A stretch of 64,000 nucleotides of DNA from Scyliorhinus canicula (taxonomy: Eukaryota): NCBI RefSeq assembly GCF_902713615.1, contig NC_052149.1, positions 127,227,256 through 127,291,255 on the forward strand, written 5' to 3'. Below the pieces are notes generated by a model. That model did not search any database. It saw only the letters and a list, made by a program, of their open reading frames with translations, and was not told the DNA's origin. The position numbers and the translations under genes were made by a program. This document shows positions 37,914 to 47,899 of the stretch, piece after piece; the first letter of the stretch is position 1; every line of letters starts with the position of its first letter.

Positions 37914-39404
37914 ATGTAATTTGAGGAAAGCTTTTGCCATGGATAAGGAATTAGTTAGGAGGTAGGAGACAGGGAGTGGGGATAATGTGTGTGACTCCAA
38001 TCAGCAAGATGTGAATAGTGATGTCCCCAAGGATCTGAGCTGGAGCCTCAGCTTTTCACTGTATTTCTCAATGACTTGGATGAAGGAATAGAGAGACATA
38101 TATCCAAGTTACTGACCGCACTAAGTTAGGCAGCTTGGAGGAGGTTACAGAGATAGGGAGGGTGGAGGACAGGGAGGGGTTTGAGAACAAGGATGAGAAT
38201 TTAAAATCGAGGCATTGCTGGACCGGGAGTCAGTGTAGGTCAGTGAGCAGAGGGGGTGATGGGTAAACGGGATTTGGTGTGAGTTCAGATCCAGGCAGCA
38301 GAGTTTTGGATCAGCTGATGTTTACGGAGGGTGGTAGGTGTGAGGGCGGCCAGGACAGCATTGGAATAGTCACGTTTAGAGGGAACAAAGACATGGAGGA
38401 GATTCTCAGCAGCAGATGATGTGAGGCAGGACGGACTCGGGCGATGTTACCGAGGGAGAAATAGGCCGTCTTAGTGATGGAGTGGATGATGTGGTGGGAA
38501 GGTCATCTCAGGGTCATATAGGACACCATGGCTGTGAACTGTGTGGTTCAGAGTCAGACAGGCCCAGGGAGAAGGATGGAATCAGTGTCTGGGGAACAGA
38601 GATTGTGATGGGGACTGAAGACAATGGCAGATGGAGTTCAATGTGGGCCTGTGAAATCATCCACTTTGGACCAAAGAAAGAGAAATCAGAGTCATTTCTA
38701 AATGGTGGGAAGCTGGGAATTGTGGAGGAACAGAGAGATGAGGCCAATGTTGTAAAGAGTCTGGTTGAGCAGCAGACAGCTCAGGGAGAGGGATGGAGTT
38801 TGTATCGGGAGCTGAAGACGATGGCTCTGACCTTCCCAATGTGTTTCCCAGTGAGCCTGGCTCCTCAGTCCTGACTGCTCTGAGCTGCTGTTCTTTTCAC
38901 TGATTGGACAGTTATTGTTAGAGATTCAGACCACAGCAGAAACCCCCAGTGTAAAAAATAACAGCAAAACTGTCAGATCGGAAGATTGAAACGTAACCAA
39001 CAGAGGAAGTGAAAGAAGGGGCTCAGAGCAGCTGGATGTTTGTTACTGACACGGGAGAAAACTGTGAACTGTGTCCACTACCTCGAATCTTCCAGCACAG
39101 AAGGAGGCCATTCTGCCCATCGTGCTGTGACTTACCCAATTAGTCCCACTCCCCCTCTCTATCCCCATAACCCAGCCAATCTTTCCCTTTCAGGGATATC
39201 TCCAATTGCCTCTTGTAGACCTGGGTCCACAGCAAGAGACTGTCCCTAACCTGGCTCCAAATTGGCATCTCATTCATTCATTGGAAGACAAAATGGCTGG
39301 GCTGGGAAATGGAGCTCAGGGCTCCGAACATTCCCTCTCTCCTCCTGAGGGACACTTCATGCTGGGATACAGTTCCATGGAGCCCCACAGCACAATGTGG
39401 GGGA

Positions 39405-41420
39405 GGCCGTGGTGTAGTGGTAATGTCACTGGACTAGTAATCCAGAGGCCCAGGCTAATGCCCTGGTCACAGGTTCAAATCCCACCATGGCAGCTGGTGG
39501 AATTTAAATTCAATGAATAAATCTGGAATTAAAAGCTCGTCTCAGTAATGGTGACCATGAAACCATTGTCGATTGTCGTAAAAACCCATTTGGTTCACTG
39601 ATGTCCTTCAGGGAAGGAAATCTGCCATCTTTACCTGGTCTGGCCTACATGTGTCAGACCCACAGCAATGTGGTTGACCCTGAAATGGCCACTCAGTTGT
39701 ATCAAACCACTGCAAATCCTAAAGGGAATGAAGCCGGACAAGCCACCCGGCATCGACCTGGACCTCGGAAATAACAATGGCAAATCCAACACTATAGGCC
39801 TGCAAAGTCCTCCACACCCACAACTAGTCAGCAACAGCCTGACATAGTCACACTCACAAAATCATACCTTACAGATAATGTCCCAGACACCACCATCACC
39901 ATCCTGTCTCACCGGCAGGACAGAGGTGGGGGCGCAGTGGTATACAGTCAGGAGGGAATCCTCAACATCGACTGTGGACCCCATGTAGTCTCATGGTGTC
40001 AGGTTAAACATGTGTTAAATATGTTTACCATAAACCGCATCTCCCTCAGTTTATTAGTCAGCACACCGCCATAATGAGCATGAATTGGAAAAAACGGTGA
40101 GGGAGGCAAGAGTGACAAGAGGGTGGGGAAATTCCATGTCCATCAACAGCAGAATCTCTGAACCTCCATTCCTGATGAGGCTGGTCGGGTCCTAAAGGAC
40201 ATAGCTGCTTGACTGGGACTATGGCAGGTGGTGAGAAAACTAACAAGACCTCATCCTCACCAACCTGCCTGCTGCAGATGCATCTGTCCAGGACAGTATC
40301 TGTATAAGTGACCACCGCATTGTCCTTGCGAAGCCAAAGACCCATCTCCACTTTGAGAATACCCTCTACCATGTTGTGTGGCACTACCACTGTGCTAAAT
40401 GGGACAGACGACGAACAGATCTCACTACTCAAGACTGGGCATCCATGAGAAGCAGTGGGCCATCAGCAGCAGCAGAATTGCAATCAATCACAATCTATAA
40501 CCTCATTTCCTGGCATATTTCCCACTCTCCATTATCACCAATCCAGGGTTCAATGGAGAATGTCGAAGGAACTGCCAGGAGCAACACCAGGAATACCTAC
40601 AAATGAGGTGTCAACCTGGTGAAGTGACACCACAGGACTGCCTGTGTGCCAAACAGCATAAGCAGCAAGTAATAGGCAGATCTGAACTATTCCATTACCC
40701 GTGGATCAGACCTAAGTTCTGCTGTCCTGCCACATCCAGTAGTGAATGGTGGTGAACAATTAAACACCTCAATGGAGGAGGAGGCTCCACAAATATCTCC
40801 ATTCAATGATGGAGAGGCCCAGCACATCAGTGCAACGGATTAGGCTGATGTATTCACAGAAATCCTCAGCCGCAAGTGCCGAATCCATCTTGGTCTCCTC
40901 CAGGGGTCCCCAGCATCACAGATGTCAGTTTTCAGCCAGATTGATTCACTCGACATGATATCAAGAAATGGCTGAAGGCACTGGATACTGCAAAGATTAT
41001 GGGTCTTTACAATATTCCAGCAATAATACTGTTGACTTGCGCTCCAGAACTAATTGCACATCTAGCCAAGCTGTTCCAGAACAGCTACAACACTGGCATG
41101 TACCCGACAATGTGAAATGTTGCCCAGCTATATCCTGTACACAAAATGCAGGACAAATCCAACCCGGCCAATTACTGTCTCGTTAGTCTACCTGCAATCC
41201 TCAGTAATAATAATAATCTTTATTAGAGTCACAAGTAGGCTTACATTAACACTGCAATAAATTTACTGTGAAAATGTGATGGAAGGGATTGTCAACAGTG
41301 CCATCAAGCGGCAGTTACTCAGCAATGACCTGCTCACTGACGCTCAGTTAAGGATCTGCCAGGGTCACTCTGCTCCTGACCTCATTCCAGCCTTGGATCA
41401 AATATGGACAAAGGAGCTGT
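39405..41420 (+). mobile_element. LINE family B copy with a tRNA-derived (Thr-AGT-like) 5' head leading into decayed EN-RT coding sequence
   Basis: A box tggtgtagtgg, anticodon stem ctgga-ctagtaa-tccag, B box ggttcaaatcc 39472-39482; QQPDIV-type EN start near 39830; WLKALDTAK motif near 40970. Confidence 0.65.
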
Positions 41421-41693
41421 TGGTTGGAGTCATACCTGGCACGAAGGAAAATGTTTGTGATCCAACCATCATCAGCTGCTTCATCAATGACCTTCCTTCC
41501 ATTATACGTTCAGAGAGGGGATGAATGATGTTTTTCAGGTTTGTCAGCTGTAACTAGTGGAGTGTTACAGGGATCAGTGCTGGGGGTGCAACTGTTCACA
41601 GTCTATATCAATGATTGGATGAAGGGAGTGAATGTAGCTCAGGTGACAATGACACACAAAAGGTGGGAAAGTAAGTTATCGAGAGGAGGGAGA

Positions 41694-42420
41694 GGGCGTG
41701 ATTTAATGGAAAAAACCAGAGTCTCATTTTGGGTGCGAATAGCAGGTATTTCTGTGGAGCCGGCAGCGCCGAGGGCAACCCGGCTATTAAATGGGACTTT
41801 GTTTATTTGGGGACCTCCACATGCACCGCCGCCTCTGGACCCCCCAACGGCCCAACTTACTGATTAAGGGACTTTGAGCCCCCTTCACCCCACCTCATAA
41901 GGGCAGGGCTCTCCGGACCTGATCCCTGGCAAACTGGCACCTGGGCACCTTGGCCCTGCCAGCCTGGCCATGCCACTTGGGCACCCAGGTTAGCACTGCC
42001 AGGGTGAGAGGGTGGCATTGCTAGAGTGCCAGGCTGGTAGTGCCAAGGTGCCCAGGTGGCAGCAGGAGTGTCAGGGTACCACCATGCCCAGAGCAAGACC
42101 ACTCGGAGGCCTCAATTCGCCTGGGAGAGCCCCAAGTTCCGTTACATCTGGTCCATGATTGTGGAAACCCGTGCTAAACGCCGCCATGGTGAACTCTCCC
42201 ATGCACGGGCGTTCGATCCCGCAACTTGGTTAACTCTGCGCAGACATATTTAAGTGTTGCTAACTACTCACTTGAATATGCAAATCTGGATCCCGTCCAG
42301 GGACGTCTCGCGAAGTCTCGTTAGATCTCGGGAGGTGTCCCGGGCATTGTAAATCTCACGAAAGGCCTCTCATGAGATTTTCCTGGCATTTTCGTGTCAC
42401 CCAGCCGTACAATCGCACCC
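41694..42420. mobile_element. Harbinger-like MITE within a CR1 RT fragment (a partial related MITE lies at about 42675-43062)
   Basis: Imperfect TIRs gggcgtgattt / aatcgcaccc; CR1 sequence resumes at 42421. Confidence 0.6.
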
Positions 42421-43410
42421 AAGGAGTCTGCAAAAGGATAGAGACAGTGAGTGAGTGGGAAAACATTTGGAGTATAACGTGGGTAAATGTGAACGTGTCC
42501 ACTTTCACAGGAAGAATAGAAAAGCAGTAAAATATTTAAATGGAGAGAGATTGAGGAACTGGCTGATACAGAGGGATCTGGGTGTCCTGGTACATGAATC
42601 ACAAAACGTTAGTCTGCAGGTCCAGAAAGTGATCAGGAAGGGAAATGGAATGTTGGTGTTTATTACAAGAGGAACGGTTGCCCCCGATCATGGGCCTGGC
42701 CACCGTGGAGCCCCTGGAGTCGTCTCTCCCCCCCCCCCCCCCCCAACCTGGATGGCCCCCGCAGCTAGAAAGTCAAGGTCCCGCCAGGTAGGAGCATACG
42801 CAAACAACGGCAGTGGGGCTCGGCGGAACTCGGTGTGCACTCGGCCCGTCAAGCACGGACAATCGCTGGGGGCGGGGGGGCTTTCAATGGCCCCCAACTG
42901 GTGCCGCGGCGACCGCGCCGGCGCGATTGCCGCTGATTCTCCGGTCGGCGGCAATCGGCAGCCCGACGTCAGAGCGGTATTGCGCAATCCCCCCCCCCCC
43001 CCCCCCCCCCCACCTGCCGCCGATTCTCCGTCTCGGCGAAAGGATCGGAGAATTCCGGCCACGGTGTCTGGTGCTGGACACTCTCACCATTGCGACCATC
43101 TTTCTTGCATCTATCCTGTCTCGTCCTGTTAAGATTTTATAGATTTCTATGAGGTCCCGCCTCATACTTCTGAACTGCATTGAATATAATCCTATCTGAC
43201 TCAATCTCTCCTCGTAAGCCTGTCCAGCCATCCCAGGAATCAGTCTGAGTAGTTTCCTTTATTCAGGACCCTCGTCTCAGAATCTAATACTTCACTCTCC
43301 ATTTTGAGGAAAGATTCACTCGACTCATACCTGGGATGACGGGTTTATCTCAGGAAGAAAGTTTGGACAGGTTGGGCTGGTACCCACAGGAGCTTAGAAG
43401 AATAAGAGGT

Positions 43411-44023
43411 GGACCAGGATTCTCCAAAATCCCGGCCAAGTGTTGATGCCGGCGTAAACACCGGAGTGGTGTACGCCGGCATCAACGGGCCTCCTGGCCC
43501 AGCAATTCAGCAGTCTTCAGGCGGCCAGCACGGTGCTGGAGTGCTGCGCGCGACGGCCATCTCCATGACGGCACATGCGCACGGTTGCCGTCTTCGCGCC
43601 GACGCCGCGCAACATGCCGGAGACCTGCAGCGGATCCATGGGGAGGATCGCGGGCGCCCACCGATCGGAAGCGCCCGATCGTGGACCTGGACCCAAATGA
43701 GGCCTCCCCCTCCCTGCCCCCGGAGTCAGATCCCATCGTCCCTCCACCAGGACGTCCACCGCGGCTGCGGGTCCGAGCGGATTGGAACCACACCAGCGGG
43801 ACTCGGAGGAACTCGGCCAGTGTTCGGCCGGTCGACCATGGAGAATCGCCGGGTAGGCCGCTTTCATCGGCCCCCCACCGGCAGCGTGGTGACCGCAAGG
43901 GCGCGATTGCTGCCGATTCTCCGGTTGCTGGAGAATCGCCTCCCGGCGTCGGAGCGGCGTGTCGGGAATTTCACGCGTCACCGCCGATTCTCCGACCCGG
44001 CGCGGGCTAAGAAAATCCCGGCT
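43411..44023. mobile_element. Harbinger-like MITE with 3-bp TSD GGT in a CR1 3' fragment
   Basis: ggt at 43408-43410 and 44024-44026; termini ...ggattctc / gaaaatcccggc. Confidence 0.7.
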
Positions 44024-44144
44024 GGTGATCTCACTGAAACATAAGATCCTGAGGAGACTGAGAGAGTGGATACCAGGAGGCTGATGTCTCTTCTGGGGGT
44101 AAAGGAGAGGAGCAGAGTCCTCAAAGCTGGAGAATCAGAATCGT

Positions 44145-44445
44145 GGAATAACTACAGTGCAGAAGGAGGCCATTCAGCCCATTTAGTCTGCATAGGCCCT
44201 CTGAAACGGTATACTACGTAGGATCAGGGCCCTACCCTATCCTTTGAACCCAGAAATCCCACATTATCCTTTGGACACTAGGGGAAATTTAGCATGGCCA
44301 ATCCACCTAACCTACACATCTTTGGACTGTGAGATGAAACCAAAGCACCCGGAGGAAACCCACGCAGACTTGGGGAGGACGTGCAGACTCCGCACAGACA
44401 GTTTCCAAAGACTGGAATTGAACCCGAGTCCCTGGAGCTATGAGA
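44145..44445 (-). mobile_element. V-SINE copy upstream of the IgL promoter, followed by a (GA)-rich tract 44460-44590
   Basis: V-domain on the minus strand. Confidence 0.85.
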
Positions 44446-44604
44446 GCATGCCCCCAGATGAAAGTGAGGGAGAAAAATAGAGTAAGAAAGAAAGAGAGAG
44501 AGAGCAAACAATGAGAGTGAGACAGACAGAGAGACAGGGAAAGAGACAGAGACTGAGGGACTGAAACTGAGGGAGTGAGTGAGAAGAAGAGGAAGTGAAG
44601 GTGC

Positions 44605-44683
44605 TGACGTGGTGTCTCTGCCTCATACCATTTACATACTGAGGAACGGGCTGTCAGACTCTCACAGGCTGCAGCTTTATAAA
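44605..44683 (+). promoter_or_regulatory. IgL V promoter: CRE-like TGACGTGG 44605-44612, variant octamer ATTTACAT 44630-44637, TATAAA 44678-44683
   Basis: Motifs are seen in the order and spacing typical of Ig V promoters, about 60 bp upstream of the leader ATG. Confidence 0.7.
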
Positions 44684-44743
44684 GCAGAGCCCAGTGAAGG
44701 GAGAGTTTATCAGTAACCAGGCACAGGGACAGGAGCAGACACC

Positions 44744-44792
44744 ATGATTTCAGCCATCCAGCTGATCTGGCCTCTGGCATTCTGCATCGCAG
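44744..44792 (+). CDS. Ig light chain (type I/NS5/sigma-cart) leader exon MISAIQLIWPLAFCIA-G
   Basis: accATG context, hydrophobic signal peptide, phase-1 GT donor at 44793; matches the shark NS5 leader as I recall it. Confidence 0.95.
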
Positions 44793-44983
44793 GTACAAAT
44801 CTCTCTCCTTCCACCTTGAATATTTTCCTGCTCTCCATTTCAATCCAATTCTACTGACTTGTGATTGAAGGGAAAATGCTGAAAGCAGAGGAACAGTCAG
44901 TGTCTCCAACAATATCTCATTGTACAGGCTCTTTATGTGACAGTTCTTACTTCTCTATTATTACTGTTTCTCTTACTCCTCAG

Positions 44984-45284
44984 GTATCAGTGGAGACACC
45001 ATCATGACCCAGTCTCCCCCGGTGCTGTCAGTGAGCCTGGGCCAGACCGCAACCCTCACCTGTACGGCCAGCCAATCCGCTACTACTGATGTTGAATGGT
45101 TCCAACAGCGAGACGGTCAAAAACCAGCTCTGCTGATCTATAATGCAGCGAGCCGATTCACAGGAATATCCGATCGATTCACCGGCAGAGAACTGTCCAC
45201 TACACGATTCACCCTGACAATCAGCAATGTGCAGAATGAGGATGTCGCTGATTATTACTGTCAGCAAAGTAGGACCTTCCCCTA
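44984..45284 (+). CDS. Ig light chain V segment exon (GISG-DTIMTQSPPVLSVSLGQTATLTC...WFQQ...DVADYYCQQSRTFP)
   Basis: Polypyrimidine-CAG acceptor ending at 44983; conserved Cys, Trp and YYC; open frame; abuts the RSS heptamer. Confidence 0.97.
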
Positions 45285-45312
45285 CACAGTGATACAGAGC
45301 CTTACAAAAACC
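45285..45312 (+). other. 12-bp-spacer recombination signal sequence of V
   Basis: CACAGTG (45285-45291) + 12 nt atacagagcctt + ACAAAAACC (45304-45312); perfect consensus. Confidence 0.98.
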
Positions 45313-45611
45313 TCAATACATGCAGCACCACCTCCTGCACTGACACATCCCACAGTTTATATAATATATGATGGACATAAAGTCTCACCTGCTGTCCTGA
45401 CACATTGCACAGTTTTATATCATATATAATAATGGACACACAATCGCTCCTCCTTTACTGACACATCCCACAGTTTTATATAATACATAATAAACAGAAT
45501 AAAGGAAACTGAACAAATTATTCTCACTGTCCACTACACACTCCAGTCCCTGTCATGACCGCAGCTCACTGAAGGCCTCAGGTTTCCATCTTACTCTCCA
45601 TGTCCACATAT

Positions 45612-45935
45612 AGAACATAGAACATACAGTGCAGAAGGAGGACATTTGGCCCATCGAATCTGCACCAACTCATTTAATCCCTCACTTCCACCCTATCCCC
45701 GTCACCCAATAACCCTCCTAACCTTTTTGGTGACTAAGGGCAATTTATCATGGCCAATCGACTTAACCTGCATGTCTTTGGACTGTGGGAGGAAACCTGA
45801 GCACCCGGAGGAAACCCACATAGACACGGGGAGATCGTGCAGACTCCGCACAGACAGTGACCCAGCGGGGAATCGAACCTGGGACCCTGGTACTGTGAAG
45901 CCACAGTGCTATCCAGTTGTGCTTCCATGCTGCCC
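45612..45935 (-). mobile_element. V-SINE copy in the V-J intervening sequence
   Basis: Head, V-domain and (agaacat)n tail; similar to 25999-26331. Confidence 0.9.
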
Positions 45936-46105
45936 AAATGGAGAGCAGATGAAAGATTTATCATCTAAAATTAGCATACTCAACTTTCCCAACAAAACAC
46001 AGACACATTGAGAGAAACAGAGAGTGAGAAACAGTAAGAGAGAAAGACAGTAGTGAGTGAGAGGTAGAGAGAGGGTGAGAGTGAGTGAGTGAAGCAGAGA
46101 GCAGA

Positions 46106-46144
46106 GGTTTTTGTACAGCCCCTGCACTGGAAGCTGTCAGTGTG
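46106..46144 (-). other. 23-bp-spacer recombination signal sequence of J (heptamer variant)
   Basis: GGTTTTTGT 46106-46114 + 23 nt + CAGTGTG 46138-46144 (reads CACACTG, one mismatch to CACAGTG). Confidence 0.93.
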
Positions 46145-46179
46145 GTTCACGTTCGGTAAAGGAACCAAGCTCAGACTGA
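46145..46179 (+). CDS. Ig light chain J segment (FTFGKGTKLRL-)
   Basis: FGXG motif; phase-1 donor GTAAGT at 46180; joins C in frame to give KLRL-S-RENSQP. Confidence 0.97.
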
Positions 46180-47039
46180 GTAAGTAAACCCCAATCCTCC
46201 GTTATTAACCCTTTCAATACTGAAACTTTCTCAAACACAAATGCTGAATAGTTGAAGGTGTTAGTGGGGAGCTGTAGTGAATGAAATGGTTCATTGAAGA
46301 ACACTGTGTAGAACAGGGTGCCCAGCTGTATTTCTTTAGTTCCATTCCCCCCTTTAAGCAGCAAGATATAAGTAAGCAGCTTTTACCCACCGTGTGGAGG
46401 AGATCTGGACGTTTGCAGACTGTGTTCACATTCCTGGACCATGGAGTGAAATCACTCACTAGACTCCTGTCAGTCTGCGTGTGACAGACACGGGCAGAGT
46501 TTGATGTGAGCTCTGGCTCCCTGTCACACTCTCTGATATAACTGATCACAGCAGCAGCAGCAGCACAGTGAGACACCGAGGTCCCACTTCCCCCAGCTTT
46601 AACTCTGCTCTCTCCACTCCCTGCTTATCTCTTAGCAAAGTTCTGATGACAAACAGGTCCAGCAGGGCTCACAATCCAGTGGCTTCAGTGTTCCAGGCTT
46701 TTGGGGAGACTCTCAGTTACTTTCTCTTTGGGTCGAGTTCAGTCTGATATTTATTCCTGATCCAATATTCCTGAAAATCCCTGGAGATATTTTTATTGTT
46801 TGATGTGATGTGTGATCTCTGGCTGGGCCAGCATTTATTGCCCATCCCTAATTGCCCTTGAACTGAGTGTCTTGCTCGGCCATTCCAGAGGACATTTCAG
46901 AATCAACACATTACTGAGGATCTGGAGTCACTTGTAGGCCGGACAAGGTCAGGATGGCAGGTTCCCACTTCAGACCCACACATCCCATAAATTAACTTTT
47001 AAAAGTGGCCCAAACTCCACTTTCCTGTCGGTCACAATA

Positions 47040-47860
47040 ACCCTTGCCCCCCGTCAATCAGAAATCTGTCGAACTCAGCCTTGAATCTATTCAATGTCGC
47101 AGCATGCACTGCTCTCTGGGAAAGAGAATTCCAAAAACTAACGAAATTCCTCCTTACCTACGCCTTAAATGTGGATCCCTTATTTTTAAACTGTATCCAC
47201 TAATTCAAGATTCCCCACGAGGGGAAACATTCTCTCAGCATCCACCCTGTCAAGCTCCCTTGGAATCTTATATATTTCAATAAGATCACCTCTCATTCTG
47301 CAATGAGTACAGACCCAACCAGCTCAACCTTTCCTCATCAGACATTCCATTCCTCAGTGGAATCAGCCCAGTGAACCTTCTCTGAACTGCTTCCAATGTC
47401 GGAATATCCGTCCATAAGTAAGGAGACCAACACTGTACCCAGTACTCACGGTGTAGTCTCCCCAATGTGCTGTATCGATGGAGCAAGACTTCCCTACTTT
47501 TATACACCATCCCGCTTGTAATAAAGGACAACATTCCATTGACCTTCCTCATCACTTGCTGTACCTGCAGGTTAACGTTCTGTGATTCATACACAAGGAC
47601 ACCCAGATCCCTCTGTACCACAGCTTTCTGCAGTCTCTCTCCATTTCAATAATATTCTGCTTTTTTATTCTCCCGAACAAAGTGGACAAGCTCACATTTC
47701 CCCACATTATACTCCACCTGTCAAATGTTCTCCCCACTCACTGAACCTATCAATATCCCTTTTCAGACTCTGTATCCTCCTCACAACTTGCTTTCCTAAC
47801 TATCATTTTATCATCAGCAAATTTAGCTACAATACTCTCATTCCCTTCATCCAGCTCATT
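47040..47860 (-). mobile_element. Decayed CR1 ORF2 3' fragment in the J-C intron
   Basis: ORF 47286-47621 QRDLGVLVYESQ...LEAVQRRFT. Confidence 0.85.
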
Positions 47861-47899
47861 AATATAGATTGGAGAGTTAAACTCCCAAACAACAGCCAT

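Noticed and set aside
39405-39490. tRNA-Thr gene (and other tRNA-like heads at 26330, 34930, 50390, 56520)
   Set aside because: No complete cloverleaf or acceptor stem; each continues into SINE or LINE bodies.
42278-42285. Perfect octamer ATGCAAAT upstream of the V promoter
   Set aside because: It lies inside a MITE 2.4 kb from the promoter, with no supporting context.
43409-44044. Long overlapping GC-rich ORFs here and at 18919-19747, 37168-38000 and 42455-43231
   Set aside because: They fall in GC-rich MITEs where stops are rare, occur on both strands and show no domain motifs.
46564-46570. Perfect CACAGTG downstream of J as an extra RSS or segment
   Set aside because: No nonamer at either spacing and no V/D/J coding sequence adjacent.
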